Positions 55,137 through 64,000 of a stretch of DNA of 64,000 bases are shown one piece after another. The notes under the pieces are model-generated. The model ran no database searches, was not told where the DNA came from, and saw only the letters and a list, made by a program, of their open reading frames with translations. This stretch comes from Chlorobiota bacterium (lineage in GTDB: Bacteria; Bacteroidota; Ignavibacteria; Tepidaquicellales; OLB5): NCBI GenBank assembly GCA_022616535.1, contig JAKEEM010000008.1:65652-129651 (forward strand). Direction: 5' to 3'. The position numbers and the translations under genes are program-made. How positions within the stretch are numbered: the first letter of the stretch is position 1; every line of letters starts with the position of its first letter.

Positions 55137-55522
55137 GTTGTTTCGGGAATCTTAGGAGCAACCTTAATAATTTTCTCTCCTTTAATGACGACACTTCCTG
55201 ATTTAGCTCCCTTGTATTTTTGAACATTTTTCCCTTTTGTATAGGCAACGTTTACGCTTTTAGCGTTTTTTGCCTTGCTGTAAAAGGCAGCTATTTCGGC
55301 TGCGGTTTTTATGCATTCTTTGGGGATTTCTCCTTCAAAATTTTCGGGCAGCTTGAGTATCGTGTGTGAGCCGCTTGTGCCCCGTATGTGGAACCATAAA
55401 TCATTCTGCCCGGTGTATTTGAATGAGAGCACGTCATTTGCCTCGCTGTTTTTACCAACCCAGACTTCAAAACTGCCTGAAATTTTAAATATCCTGAAAT
55501 TTTTAAGGTTTACGTCTTCCAC
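55133..55522 (-). CDS. NFACT-R_1 / DUF814 domain protein
   Basis: VWVGKNSEANDVL...DLWFHIRGTSGSHTIL motif. Confidence 0.75.
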   Translation of the reverse strand: MEDVNLKNFRIFKISGSFEVWVGKNSEANDVLSFKYTGQNDLWFHIRGTSGSHTILKLPENFEGEIPKECIKTAAEIAAFYSKAKNAKSVNVAYTKGKNVQKYKGAKSGSVVIKGEKIIKVAPKIPETT

Positions 55523-55590
55523 AAATATAAAATAAAAAACGCCGTTTAATAATATGAGGTATTAATCTTTTATTTTTTTAATTCAAAAAT

Positions 55591-56277
55591 TTAAAACCCG
55601 AAAGCAAGTCCGAAATAAATAAACCCTTCCTTATAATTGAAGTCACTTCCTGAAAGCTTATTTACGTATGAAAAGCCGACTTGAGTTTTGAATTTAATAT
55701 TATCAGATCCTATCCGGAATGTAAATGCGGGTTCAAAACCGATGGCACGGGGAAGTTTTGGATTAGGTTCGGAATGATGTTCATAGATGGAAAACCTGAA
55801 ATAACTTAGTTTCAATGCGAAAACCAGGTCAATCGCATCAAATGTGAATGATAAATCAGGCTGAATAAATATTCTGTAGTACCTTGCATTTTCATAGCCA
55901 GGGCCGGCAGTGAATTCCTGGTCCTCGTACGAGGTTCGTGTTTCCGAAATGTCGAAACCGCCGTAAACTTCATAATAAACATTGCTTTTTTTGTGGAGCT
56001 TATTAAAGTATCCCAACCCGAATTCCCAGCTCCGCTGAAATTGCGGTTCATTTCCTTTCGTGCTAAGATATGAGACGCTTCCTATTGCGGCGAGGTTCTT
56101 ATAGTAAGAATATCCAAGCTGAAGATTTGTTCCGCTTGTTCCGTAGGAAATCCCGCCTTTAAACTCGTTGCTTTCATGAAAAGCAGGAGTGTTAATTTCA
56201 CCGGGGAAATATGCAACAGTGCAGGATGAAAGGATAAGGGCAATTGTTAATAATGAAGAAGCAAGAATTGTCTTCAT
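55591..56277 (-). CDS. Lipoprotein / small outer-membrane beta-barrel protein, unknown family
   Basis: Lipobox ILSSC, G/Y/S/F-rich strand pattern, C-terminal ...YFGLAFGF. Its start is only 22 nt downstream of the atpG stop. Confidence 0.55.
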   Translation of the reverse strand: MKTILASSLLTIALILSSCTVAYFPGEINTPAFHESNEFKGGISYGTSGTNLQLGYSYYKNLAAIGSVSYLSTKGNEPQFQRSWEFGLGYFNKLHKKSNVYYEVYGGFDISETRTSYEDQEFTAGPGYENARYYRIFIQPDLSFTFDAIDLVFALKLSYFRFSIYEHHSEPNPKLPRAIGFEPAFTFRIGSDNIKFKTQVGFSYVNKLSGSDFNYKEGFIYFGLAFGF

Positions 56278-56299
56278 TTGTATTTAAATTACTTAATGT

Positions 56300-57184
56300 T
56301 TAAGCGGATTCTCTCAGTGCTTCAGCCCCAGCTACTACTTCAAGCAATTCCTTAGTAATTGCTGCCTGGCGCGCCCTGTTATATGTTAAGCTTAGCTGTT
56401 TTACAAGGTCATTTGCATTTGTTGTCGCGGTGTCCATAGCGGTCATTCTCGCCGCCTGCTCCGATGCGTAGGATTCAAGCAGAACCCGCCATATCTGGGT
56501 GTTAAGATGCCGCGGCAGAAGATTATCGATAATATCCTTTCCGGACGGTTCAAAAATATAATTGGAAGTTTTCAATTTTTCTCCTTCGTTTACAAAAGGC
56601 GGAATCGGCAAAAACTGCTCTTCGACAATCTTTGATTGAACTACGGATTTAAATTCATTATAAATAACAATAACCTTATCGAATTTATTTTCCGTGTAGC
56701 CCTTAATGATTTCCTTAACTATGTTCTGGGCATCGATAAAATTAAGCCTGTCAAATACATTAACTGCACGAGCGAAGATGTCAAACCCTCGTTTTGAAAA
56801 ATAATCGAATGATTTTCTGCCTACAGTGAACAGAGTTATATTATGACTTGTATAAAAGTCCGAATATTTGTTTACAATTTTGTTTGAAGCTGACTTTAGA
56901 AGGTTTGTGTTGAAAGAGCCGCAAAGTCCCCTGTCGGATGATACAACTACAGCAATAAGCTTTTTAATCTCCCTTTCTTTCAATAACTTGTTATCAAGGT
57001 CTTCGATTCCGGGAATCAGGTTTCTTAATATTTCATCGATTTTTCGTGCATAGGGTCTGGCAGCAACAACGTTCTGCTGCGCTTTGCGGAATTTTACCGA
57101 AGCAACCATTTTCATCGCACGGGTGATTTTTTCCGTGCTCTTAATGCTGCCTATGCGTCTTTTTATTTCTCTTAATGTTGCCAT
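56300..57184 (-). CDS. atpG: F1 ATP synthase gamma subunit
   Basis: MATLREIKRRIGSIKSTEKITRAMKMVA... and C-terminal ITKELLEVVAGAEAL. Confidence 0.95.
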   Translation of the reverse strand: MATLREIKRRIGSIKSTEKITRAMKMVASVKFRKAQQNVVAARPYARKIDEILRNLIPGIEDLDNKLLKEREIKKLIAVVVSSDRGLCGSFNTNLLKSASNKIVNKYSDFYTSHNITLFTVGRKSFDYFSKRGFDIFARAVNVFDRLNFIDAQNIVKEIIKGYTENKFDKVIVIYNEFKSVVQSKIVEEQFLPIPPFVNEGEKLKTSNYIFEPSGKDIIDNLLPRHLNTQIWRVLLESYASEQAARMTAMDTATTNANDLVKQLSLTYNRARQAAITKELLEVVAGAEALRESA

Positions 57185-57206
57185 GCCTTAATCCTGAGCG
57201 ATAGCG

Positions 57207-57247
57207 CCTGCCTGTCTACTGCCAGGTAGACCTGCTGCAGGCAGAGG
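57207..57247. repeat. GC-rich inverted-repeat element, copy C (atpA|atpG gap)
   Basis: The minus strand reads CTGCCTGcagcaggtctacctggcagtagaCAGGCAGG. It ends exactly 22 nt upstream of the atpG ATG. Confidence 0.8.
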
Positions 57248-57267
57248 GGATCTCTTGCCCCCGTTTT

Positions 57268-58788
57268 TTATTTAACTGATACTTTAAAATTATCCGTAAA
57301 ATTTTGCAGTACTTTCTTCAGCCTTAGCGTGGTTTCTTCAGTTAAATCTTTAGTCTCAAATATTGAGTCTAGAATATCCTTGTGCTTTAATTCAACAAGC
57401 TCAAGAAGTTCTCTTTCATACCTGGTAACTTCTTCAACGGGGATTTCATCAAGGAATCCGTTTGTCCCGGCGTAGATAATAACTACTTGTTTTTCAACAG
57501 GATACGGGTTATATTGTCCCTGTTTCAGAATCTCAACAAGCCTTGAGCCGCGCGTCAATTGCTGCAGCGTTGCTTTATCCAAATCAGAGCCGAATTTTGT
57601 AAATGCCTCAAGCTCCCTGTATTGTGCAAGGTCAAGTCTCAACCTTCCTGCGACTTTTTTCATTGCCTTTATCTGCGCCGAGCCGCCGACACGCGAAACG
57701 GAAATACCTACGTTAATAGCGGGTCTGACACCTGAATTAAACAAATTCGGCTCAAGGTAAATCTGCCCGTCGGTAATAGAAATTACATTTGTCGGGATAT
57801 ATGCCGCTACGTCGCCCGCCTGAGTTTCTATAATCGGCAGAGCAGTAAGACTGCCACCGCCAAGTTCATCGCTCAGCTTTGATGCTCTTTCGAGAAGCCT
57901 TGAGTGCAGGTAGAATACATCACCGGGGTAAGCTTCACGTCCGGGAGGTCTTCTCAGCAAAAGCGAGACTTCTCTGTAAGCTGCTGCCTGCTTTGAAAGG
58001 TCGTCATAAATGCATAAGGCGTGCCTTTTGGAATCGCGGAAGTATTCACCGAGCGTAGCCCCTGAATACGGCGCTAAGAACTGCATTGGTGCGGGGTCAG
58101 AAGCCGAAGCTGCAATTACGGTTGTAAATTCCATTGCCCCTGTTTCTTCAAGCTTAGCTACGACCTGCGCAACGGTTGACTGCTTTTGCCCGATTGCGAC
58201 ATAGATGCAATAAACGTCTTTTCCCTTTTGATTAATTATGGTATCGACTGCAACGGCTGTTTTGCCGGTTTGCCTGTCTCCAATAATAAGCTCTCTTTGC
58301 CCCCTGCCAATCGGAATCATTGAATCAATTGCCTTGATACCTGTCTGCAGAGGCTCTTTAACTGGCTGTCTAAAGATAACGCCTAAAGCCTTTCTTTCGA
58401 TAGGAAAGAACTTCGTAGCATTAATGGGACCTTTTCCGTCAATCGGCTGGCCAAGCGGATTAATTACTCTGCCCACCATTGCCTCGCCGACAGGCATAGA
58501 TGCCACCCTGCCGGTTCTTTTTGCCTCGTCTCCTTCTTTAACTAGGGTATAGTCTCCGAATAAAATGCATCCAACATTATCCTCCTCAAGGTTCAAAGCC
58601 ATACCGAAAACGCCGTGCGGGAATTCGATAAGCTCGCTTGCCATGCATTTGGTTAAACCGTATATGCGGGCAACACCGTCGCCGATTTGAACTACAGTTC
58701 CGACTTCGTAAACATCGATTTCCTTTTCAAAACCTGAGAGCTGTCTTCGAAGTATCGCGGATACTTCATCGGGTTTCACTTCAGCCAT
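57268..58788 (-). CDS. atpA: F1 ATP synthase alpha subunit
   Basis: GDRQTGKT Walker A; 506 aa with a typical AtpA sequence throughout. Confidence 0.97.
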   Translation of the reverse strand: MAEVKPDEVSAILRRQLSGFEKEIDVYEVGTVVQIGDGVARIYGLTKCMASELIEFPHGVFGMALNLEEDNVGCILFGDYTLVKEGDEAKRTGRVASMPVGEAMVGRVINPLGQPIDGKGPINATKFFPIERKALGVIFRQPVKEPLQTGIKAIDSMIPIGRGQRELIIGDRQTGKTAVAVDTIINQKGKDVYCIYVAIGQKQSTVAQVVAKLEETGAMEFTTVIAASASDPAPMQFLAPYSGATLGEYFRDSKRHALCIYDDLSKQAAAYREVSLLLRRPPGREAYPGDVFYLHSRLLERASKLSDELGGGSLTALPIIETQAGDVAAYIPTNVISITDGQIYLEPNLFNSGVRPAINVGISVSRVGGSAQIKAMKKVAGRLRLDLAQYRELEAFTKFGSDLDKATLQQLTRGSRLVEILKQGQYNPYPVEKQVVIIYAGTNGFLDEIPVEEVTRYERELLELVELKHKDILDSIFETKDLTEETTLRLKKVLQNFTDNFKVSVK

Positions 58789-58834
58789 TTTTAATTATTC
58801 CTTATATTCTTTTTAATTTTCTTTTACAATTTGA

Positions 58835-59386
58835 TTAGTTATTAAATCTGCCCTGCGCAAATTTTTCCCTCAGCAGCTCGAGCTGTCTTAAAATGCTTGC
58901 ATCTATTATTTTATCGTCAATCATTGCAACAAAGCCTCCTTTTATCGAAGGGTCAACTGCATAGCTTGCTTCAATTTCTTTTCCAACGTATTTCTTTAGC
59001 TTTGCAGCCAGAGATGTTTTCTCCTTATCAGAGATTTCAACAGCCGTTTTAATTTTAGCCGAAACGATACCGGCTTTTTCTTTTGCAAGATTTATAAAAT
59101 CATCTGCTATGTCATTTAAAATATTTATTCTGTTTTTATCGCAAAGCACAAGCAGGAATTTTAAAGTTAAACCGTTAATTTTGCCCGAAAATAATTCTTT
59201 AATAACTTTCGATTTCTTATCAAGGCTTATCATCGGGGTCAAAATAAACATAAGCAGCTCTCTTGAGCCGGAAATGGATTTTTTTATGTCTTCAAGATCT
59301 TTTTTTACCGAGTCAACTGAATTTGTTTCCTCCGCAATTTCATACAGTGCCAGGTTATATCTTCTCGCGACTTTTCTGTTTGTCAT
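58835..59386 (-). CDS. atpH: F1 ATP synthase delta (OSCP) subunit
   Basis: VARRYNLALYE start, 183 aa, and its position between atpF and atpA. Confidence 0.85.
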   Translation of the reverse strand: MTNRKVARRYNLALYEIAEETNSVDSVKKDLEDIKKSISGSRELLMFILTPMISLDKKSKVIKELFSGKINGLTLKFLLVLCDKNRINILNDIADDFINLAKEKAGIVSAKIKTAVEISDKEKTSLAAKLKKYVGKEIEASYAVDPSIKGGFVAMIDDKIIDASILRQLELLREKFAQGRFNN

Positions 59387-59404
59387 CTGGAGCAGAGCTT
59401 TTGT

Positions 59405-59974
59405 TTAATTCTGCGGTATTTTATTTATAAAATTTTCAATTAATTTTTTCTGCTTATCCGTGTCAAGGTTTTCGTCAATGATTTTCCCCGCAGCTTTTAC
59501 GGCTAAGTCGGCAATTTCGTCTTTAAGTGAATTTAAGGCTGCAATCTTTTCCCTTTCGATTTCGGCTTTCGCCTGCATAAGTATTTTCGCCGCGTCATCG
59601 TTTGTTTTGCTTATCAGCTCGGTTCTCATTTTATTTGCAAGCTGTTTGCTTTCATTTAAAATTTTCCTTGATTCCTCATCTGCCCCAGCAAGCATTTTTT
59701 TGTTTTCTTCAAGTATCTTTTCGGCTTCCTGCTTAAGATATTCAGCTTTTTCTATTGAATCCTTAATGCCTTTTTCTCGTTCATCAAGTGCATCCAGCAG
59801 GGGTTTCCATGCGTATTTTTTCAAAATCAATACGAGCAGAATGAATATCAATATAGTCCATATAATCAGTCCGGGCTCAACAGAAAGAAGTGTATCTTTG
59901 TTTTCTCCAGTTTGGGGACTGATAAACAGAATGATATTATAAAACTGCGCTAAAAAGATATTAGCGATTAGCAT
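59405..59974 (-). CDS. atpF: F0 ATP synthase b subunit
   Basis: Single TM segment followed by a long charged coiled-coil (KPLLDALDEREKGI...). Confidence 0.85.
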   Translation of the reverse strand: MLIANIFLAQFYNIILFISPQTGENKDTLLSVEPGLIIWTILIFILLVLILKKYAWKPLLDALDEREKGIKDSIEKAEYLKQEAEKILEENKKMLAGADEESRKILNESKQLANKMRTELISKTNDDAAKILMQAKAEIEREKIAALNSLKDEIADLAVKAAGKIIDENLDTDKQKKLIENFINKIPQN

Positions 59975-60028
59975 AATAATTCCTTTTTTGAAAGTTTTTG
60001 GGGAATCGTTTTTCCGGCTTTAACGGAA

Positions 60029-60250
<222 letters not shown>

Positions 60251-60269
60251 TTAATTTTATCCTTTCTTA

Positions 60270-60288
60270 CCTGCCTGCCGCAGGCAGG
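60270..60288. repeat. GC-rich inverted-repeat element, short copy D (atpB|atpE gap)
   Basis: CCTGCCTG-ccg-CAGGCAGG. It ends exactly 22 nt upstream of the atpE ATG. Confidence 0.8.
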
Positions 60289-60329
60289 TTATTTTTAATG
60301 ATTTGTTAATATTTATAGTTTTTTTAAAA

Positions 60330-61151
60330 TCAATGTTCCTGCTCTATAGCCATACCGATAAACAGCGATGAAAGTATTGTAAAGATATAAGCCTGTAATA
60401 GTGCAACAAGTATTTCGAGCAGATAAATGAAAAGTGAAAATGCAATTGAAACCGGCACAATCACATAGCCTAAAGTGAATATCAAGCTGATGAATGCAAG
60501 TATAACAATATGCCCTGCTGTCATATTGGCGAAAAGACGAATGCATAAAGCAAAAGGTTTTGTAAGCAGGCTCAAAAACTCAATTATAACCATAACGGGC
60601 AGTACATATAAGGGCACTCCGTGCGGTATTAAACCCTTAAAATATCCGAAAAATCCGTTTTTCTTTATTCCGTGGAACATCATCATAACAAATGTTACCG
60701 AAGCAAGAGAGGCTGTAATGCTCACGTTGCCTGTTGCAGTATGCATAAATGGAATTAAGCCGAGAAGATTCACTGTGAGAATGAAGAAAAACATCGTGAA
60801 GAAGAATGGAAGGAAGTTAACGCCGATTTTTCCCATTGAGGGAAGAACGATATCGTCTTTAACGAAAAGCATAACAAGCTCGATGAAATTTGCCAGTCCT
60901 TTTGGATGTTTATTTTTTTTGTTGCTCGAAGCAGAATATGTAAGGACGATTACCAATAGGGTAGAGGCAATTAACATCATCAAAATGTTTGTAGTTATCG
61001 AAAAGTCTATATTAACACCGCCTATGTTTACCGGCGGTATGGAAAAAATTTTATGGTCAGAAACATGTTCAATTATCCAGTTGCCTTCTTCATTATGAGC
61101 CGCATCAGTTACTTGTGATAATGTATCCGGTAGTGCTGTAAGCAGTGTCAT
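60330..61151 (-). CDS. atpB: F0 ATP synthase a subunit
   Basis: Polytopic, with the conserved CIRLFANMTAGH (essential Arg) motif. Confidence 0.9.
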   Translation of the reverse strand: MTLLTALPDTLSQVTDAAHNEEGNWIIEHVSDHKIFSIPPVNIGGVNIDFSITTNILMMLIASTLLVIVLTYSASSNKKNKHPKGLANFIELVMLFVKDDIVLPSMGKIGVNFLPFFFTMFFFILTVNLLGLIPFMHTATGNVSITASLASVTFVMMMFHGIKKNGFFGYFKGLIPHGVPLYVLPVMVIIEFLSLLTKPFALCIRLFANMTAGHIVILAFISLIFTLGYVIVPVSIAFSLFIYLLEILVALLQAYIFTILSSLFIGMAIEQEH

Positions 61152-61218
61152 TAAATAATATATGGTGAATTCTAATATTTTTTAAAAAGGATTCAGCAGC
61201 CGTTTGTTTTAGCTATGA

Positions 61219-61614
61219 CTAGTGCTGTTTCCTGTGAAAGTAGTTAATTTCCAGCGAAACAAATAATACGTAAAAGAAAAAAACCGAGCCAATCAGCGTA
61301 AACTCATCAAGTCTCACAATGTAAAGCAGAATAATCAGAAATAAAAATATAACCAGTACCCTTAAGCCCATTCCCCCAATCACCAGTGCCATGAATTTTT
61401 TTACCGTTTTATTAAATGCAAGAGTATTAAGCCGATAGCCGATAAAGGCATTTAATAAACCGATGAGAAAACCACTGATTATAGAATATATCTGGACTTG
61501 ATTTGCGAAAACTGTAACAGGGTAAATTCCTATAATAAGAACTGCTATGCTTGCGTAAATAACCTGTTTTAAAAATCCGGAAACTGAAAATACACCCGTC
61601 ATTACTAACATCAT
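61219..61614 (-). CDS. atpI: AtpI-like small membrane protein (ATP synthase protein I)
   Basis: 131 aa with four hydrophobic helices, in the canonical position upstream of atpB. Confidence 0.55.
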   Translation of the reverse strand: MMLVMTGVFSVSGFLKQVIYASIAVLIIGIYPVTVFANQVQIYSIISGFLIGLLNAFIGYRLNTLAFNKTVKKFMALVIGGMGLRVLVIFLFLIILLYIVRLDEFTLIGSVFFFYVLFVSLEINYFHRKQH

Positions 61615-61880
61615 TTAATCTTGCTTCTGTTCAAAGCCCTCAATAAGTTAATAAATCCTCCAATCGAGCCCAGAATAACTCCAATTATCATTAAGATGTT
61701 TCCTGTATTAAGCCAGTTATCAAGCCAGTATCCAATTAATGCACAAAGAACAATTGCTACTCCATACTGAACTGCATATTCGGCATAAACCCATGCTGTT
61801 CTGTAAGACTTGGCAGCTTTTTGAAATTCCGACGTTTTTTCAGGATTTTTTTCATCGAAAAAGTCCTTATTTTCCGCCAT
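61611..61880 (-). CDS. AtpZ/AtpI-family small membrane protein
   Basis: 89 aa with two TM helices (ALIGYWLDNWLNTGN...IIGVILGSIGGF). First gene of the atp operon. Confidence 0.65.
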   Translation of the reverse strand: MAENKDFFDEKNPEKTSEFQKAAKSYRTAWVYAEYAVQYGVAIVLCALIGYWLDNWLNTGNILMIIGVILGSIGGFINLLRALNRSKIK

Positions 61881-61908
61881 TTTTTGCCAAATTTTTCAAT
61901 GGAATTTA

Positions 61909-61939
61909 CAAAATTAACTAGAAATTAAAATAAAATCAA
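61909..61939 (-). promoter_or_regulatory. atp operon promoter, Bacteroidota type (TTG-N20-TAATTTTG)
   Basis: On the minus strand: TTG (61939-7), a 20-nt spacer, then TAATTTTG (61916-09). It lies 28 nt upstream of the atpZ ATG. Confidence 0.5.
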
Positions 61940-61963
61940 TTTAGGAATTTGATGGGAGGGGGG

Positions 61964-63139
61964 CTAAAATCTAAGCCATTCTAATGGATTAAGGGGTGTG
62001 CTGTTTTGCCACAATTCAAAATGGAACATCTGCCCGTCGAGGGTTTCTCCCGTTTTGCCGATAATCTGGTTAAGCTTAACATTATCTCCAAGCGTGAGAT
62101 TAACTTCGTCCAAAGCGGCATAAACTGATCTGAAACCGCTGTTATGCTTAATAATGATTACCTTTCCGTAGTAAGGCAGCTCACCGATTAAGCTGACATA
62201 CCCCTCAGTAACAGCATATACTTTTGAGCCTTTTGCTATTGAAAAATCTACCCCGTTATTGAATGATTTTGTTAAAGTTGAGTTATTAACGTTATCCCCG
62301 AAGCTGTTAATTACAAGTGGAATATCAACGGGTAAATTTATTTTGCCTTTAACATTGTTTAAATCGAAAGAGTCATAATTAAGCCGGTTTATTTTGTTTT
62401 CTTTAAAGTTATTCCTGTTTGCTTCGAAATTATTGATGAAGCTCACAGTATTGTTTAACTGGGCTCCATGCCTGCTGATTTTATTGACAATTACACTTGT
62501 CTTAAATTCTAAATCGTCTTTTCGTTTTTTAAAATCATTAAATTTTTTTTGCAGCTCTGATTTTTCCCTTCTCTTTGATTCAATAAAAAATCTTTTTGAT
62601 GAGGTTGAAAGTTCGAGAAACTTTTTCTTTTCCTCAAGCATAAATTTCTTAGCCTTAAGTTCGCGAAGCTCTTTTTTTCTGCTTTGTGAGAATGTTTGTA
62701 AGTACTGGTTTCTTCTCAAATATTCATTGGGCGTTTTTGCGCTTAATAAAAGCTCAAGCTCGTAATTTTTTCCTTTCTTATACAGATTTACAATTCTTTG
62801 CCTAAAGCTTTCCTGGATTATACCTACTTCACTTTCTAAGTTAATAATGTTATTTGTCTCAGCAGCAATTTGCAGTGGACTTAAATATACCGCATTTTCA
62901 TAATCTTTGAGAAAATTATTTAATGCATTAAGTGTTGATTCCAGGCTGTCGGTTTCTTTTTTTAGTTCTGCTATTTCAAAGGAGTAACTTCCGAGAAGGT
63001 TTTTGTCCTGAATAATTTGTTTTTCAATAATATCGGCTTGTTCTTTCTTGTCATTTAGTATTTCCTCATAAGTTGCCCCGATTATCAGGCAAAGCAGGGA
63101 GAAAAAAGCACCTATTCTTACGGTTTTATTTACTGCCAT
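61964..63139 (-). CDS. EnvC-like murein-hydrolase activator (coiled-coil plus degenerate M23/LytM domain)
   Basis: Signal-anchor, a coiled-coil of about 230 aa, and a C-terminal M23 fold. Metal ligands are degenerate: NGVDFS instead of HxxxD, and FHFELW instead of HxH. Confidence 0.85.
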   Translation of the reverse strand: MAVNKTVRIGAFFSLLCLIIGATYEEILNDKKEQADIIEKQIIQDKNLLGSYSFEIAELKKETDSLESTLNALNNFLKDYENAVYLSPLQIAAETNNIINLESEVGIIQESFRQRIVNLYKKGKNYELELLLSAKTPNEYLRRNQYLQTFSQSRKKELRELKAKKFMLEEKKKFLELSTSSKRFFIESKRREKSELQKKFNDFKKRKDDLEFKTSVIVNKISRHGAQLNNTVSFINNFEANRNNFKENKINRLNYDSFDLNNVKGKINLPVDIPLVINSFGDNVNNSTLTKSFNNGVDFSIAKGSKVYAVTEGYVSLIGELPYYGKVIIIKHNSGFRSVYAALDEVNLTLGDNVKLNQIIGKTGETLDGQMFHFELWQNSTPLNPLEWLRF

Positions 63140-63930
63140 TTTATCACTTTAGCGGACTTTGGAATTTTAATCTTAAAGGATAACCCTTTTTTATTTATTT
63201 CTGTGTTAATATAATCCACGTAAACGGTTTGTTTTTTTGAAGGGTTTTTTATTTTTATAGATGCAGGGAGATAAACACTCTTACCTGAAAGTTCTTCTTC
63301 AAGGTAGCTTGTATAGTCGACTTCAACAGCCATTGTATTATCATTATCCATATAATTGTACTTCTTAATGGTGTATTTTCCCGGTTCTATTAAATATTTT
63401 TGGTTTCCGTTTAAACCATTAACGTTAAGAACGTAAAAGTTGTTTTCCGAACCGGCAATTAATGAATCATCTTTGCCTTCATCGAATTTAAAACCAGCGG
63501 TGAATCCGTTTATGAGCTCATCAAAAGTTACCTTAATTCTCAGTATTGCCCCGATATTAATATCGGAGCTTGGTCCCGTGATGACTTTATTTTCCTGTAC
63601 GTTGTAATAAATAAAACTATTGCGTGTTATCAGCGCATTCGCAACCGAAATTCCAAATGGTCCTTCTATTTTCACAAATACAGTATCAGGTTTCTTTATT
63701 TTAAGCTCAATCCATCCGCTGCCGGACTGCTCCGGTGAGTCAAAGGAGATGTTTCCCGATGCTTCAAGTGTTTCTATTAAGCTTGAGTTTTGATTTATAA
63801 TCGCCTTTAAATCACGGACGGGTATTTTATCCGGCTCCCCAGTGTTCTGAGAAGCTGTGCAGGATATAATGAAGATGCATATAAAAGGTAATATTACATC
63901 AGGTAATATTATATTCAAACTCTTTTTCAC
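63130..63930 (-). CDS. DUF4292 / LolB-like lipoprotein
   Basis: GTG start. Lipobox IISC. The pattern ...ASGNISFDSPEQSGSGWIELKIKKPDTVFVKIEGPFGI matches DUF4292-type proteins found upstream of EnvC-like genes in Bacteroidota. Confidence 0.55.
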   Translation of the reverse strand: MKKSLNIILPDVILPFICIFIISCTASQNTGEPDKIPVRDLKAIINQNSSLIETLEASGNISFDSPEQSGSGWIELKIKKPDTVFVKIEGPFGISVANALITRNSFIYYNVQENKVITGPSSDINIGAILRIKVTFDELINGFTAGFKFDEGKDDSLIAGSENNFYVLNVNGLNGNQKYLIEPGKYTIKKYNYMDNDNTMAVEVDYTSYLEEELSGKSVYLPASIKIKNPSKKQTVYVDYINTEINKKGLSFKIKIPKSAKVIKWQ

Positions 63931-64000
63931 TTAATTATTATTTGTTTCCTCTTTAAATCTTTTCAGTATATTTCTTGAAAAGGGGCTTGATTTATCAAGC
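63931..64000 (-). CDS. 3' end of an upstream minus-strand gene (partial, product unknown)
   Basis: The frame is open to the window edge (...LDKSSPFSRNILKRFKEETNNN*). The stop at 63931-3 directly abuts the downstream GTG. Confidence 0.3.
   Translation of the reverse strand, partial: LDKSSPFSRNILKRFKEETNNN

Overview
The window is 64 kb of densely coding chromosomal DNA, roughly 40% GC by eye (not computed). I saw no rRNA, tRNA, CRISPR array, transposase or integrase. The lineage looks FCB-group (Ignavibacteriota/Bacteroidota-like). This is an inference from four operon heads matching the Bacteroidota promoter pattern TTG-N19-20-TAnnTTTG, a T9SS-type C-terminal sorting domain, an atp operon lacking atpD/atpC, and the miaB / sigma-54 activator / lptE and DUF4292 / EnvC-like gene orders. 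Main blocks, left to right: (1) the 3' part of a very large outer-membrane protein, then a SpoU methyltransferase, an amidohydrolase and gpsA. (2) A small accessory patch at 6.0-9.9 kb: a CPBP/Abi-family protease cassette bracketed by a duplicated 75-bp promoter module, a 502-aa all-helical orphan, a mini secreted protein and an orphan T9SS-like sorting domain. (3) plsY, a NifU-like gene, mrp/apbC, a metallophosphoesterase and an IMPase-family gene. (4) A tightly packed nine-gene sugar operon (14.3-22.6 kb): GT-B-like transferase, SpsF-type cytidylyltransferase, split transketolase, class-III aminotransferase, SDR, KdsC-type phosphatase, SAF-less NeuB-type synthase and a membrane di-iron hydroxylase. 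(5) A complete dcw cluster, mraZ to ftsZ (23.7-42.2 kb), with a textbook-like MraZ operator and two non-canonical genes inserted in it. (6) A WD40 protein whose seventh blade is out of frame, followed by secreted orphans. (7) lipoprotein-xseA-xseB-dxs-lipoprotein, then miaB, a domain-minimal sigma-54 activator, lptE, a GT2 and a TPR protein. (8) The atpZ-atpI-atpBEFHAG operon, an EnvC-like degenerate M23 protein and a DUF4292 lipoprotein. I found no clear-cut defence or toxin system. The most unusual items are the non-canonical ulosonic-acid-type operon, a small family of GC-rich hairpin repeats (CCTGCCTG...CAGGCAGG) inserted in intra-operon gaps at a fixed distance from start codons, the duplicated promoter module around the CPBP cassette, and several in-frame or stop-codon-straddling tandem repeats. 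All family calls come from motif recognition by eye; no database search was run.
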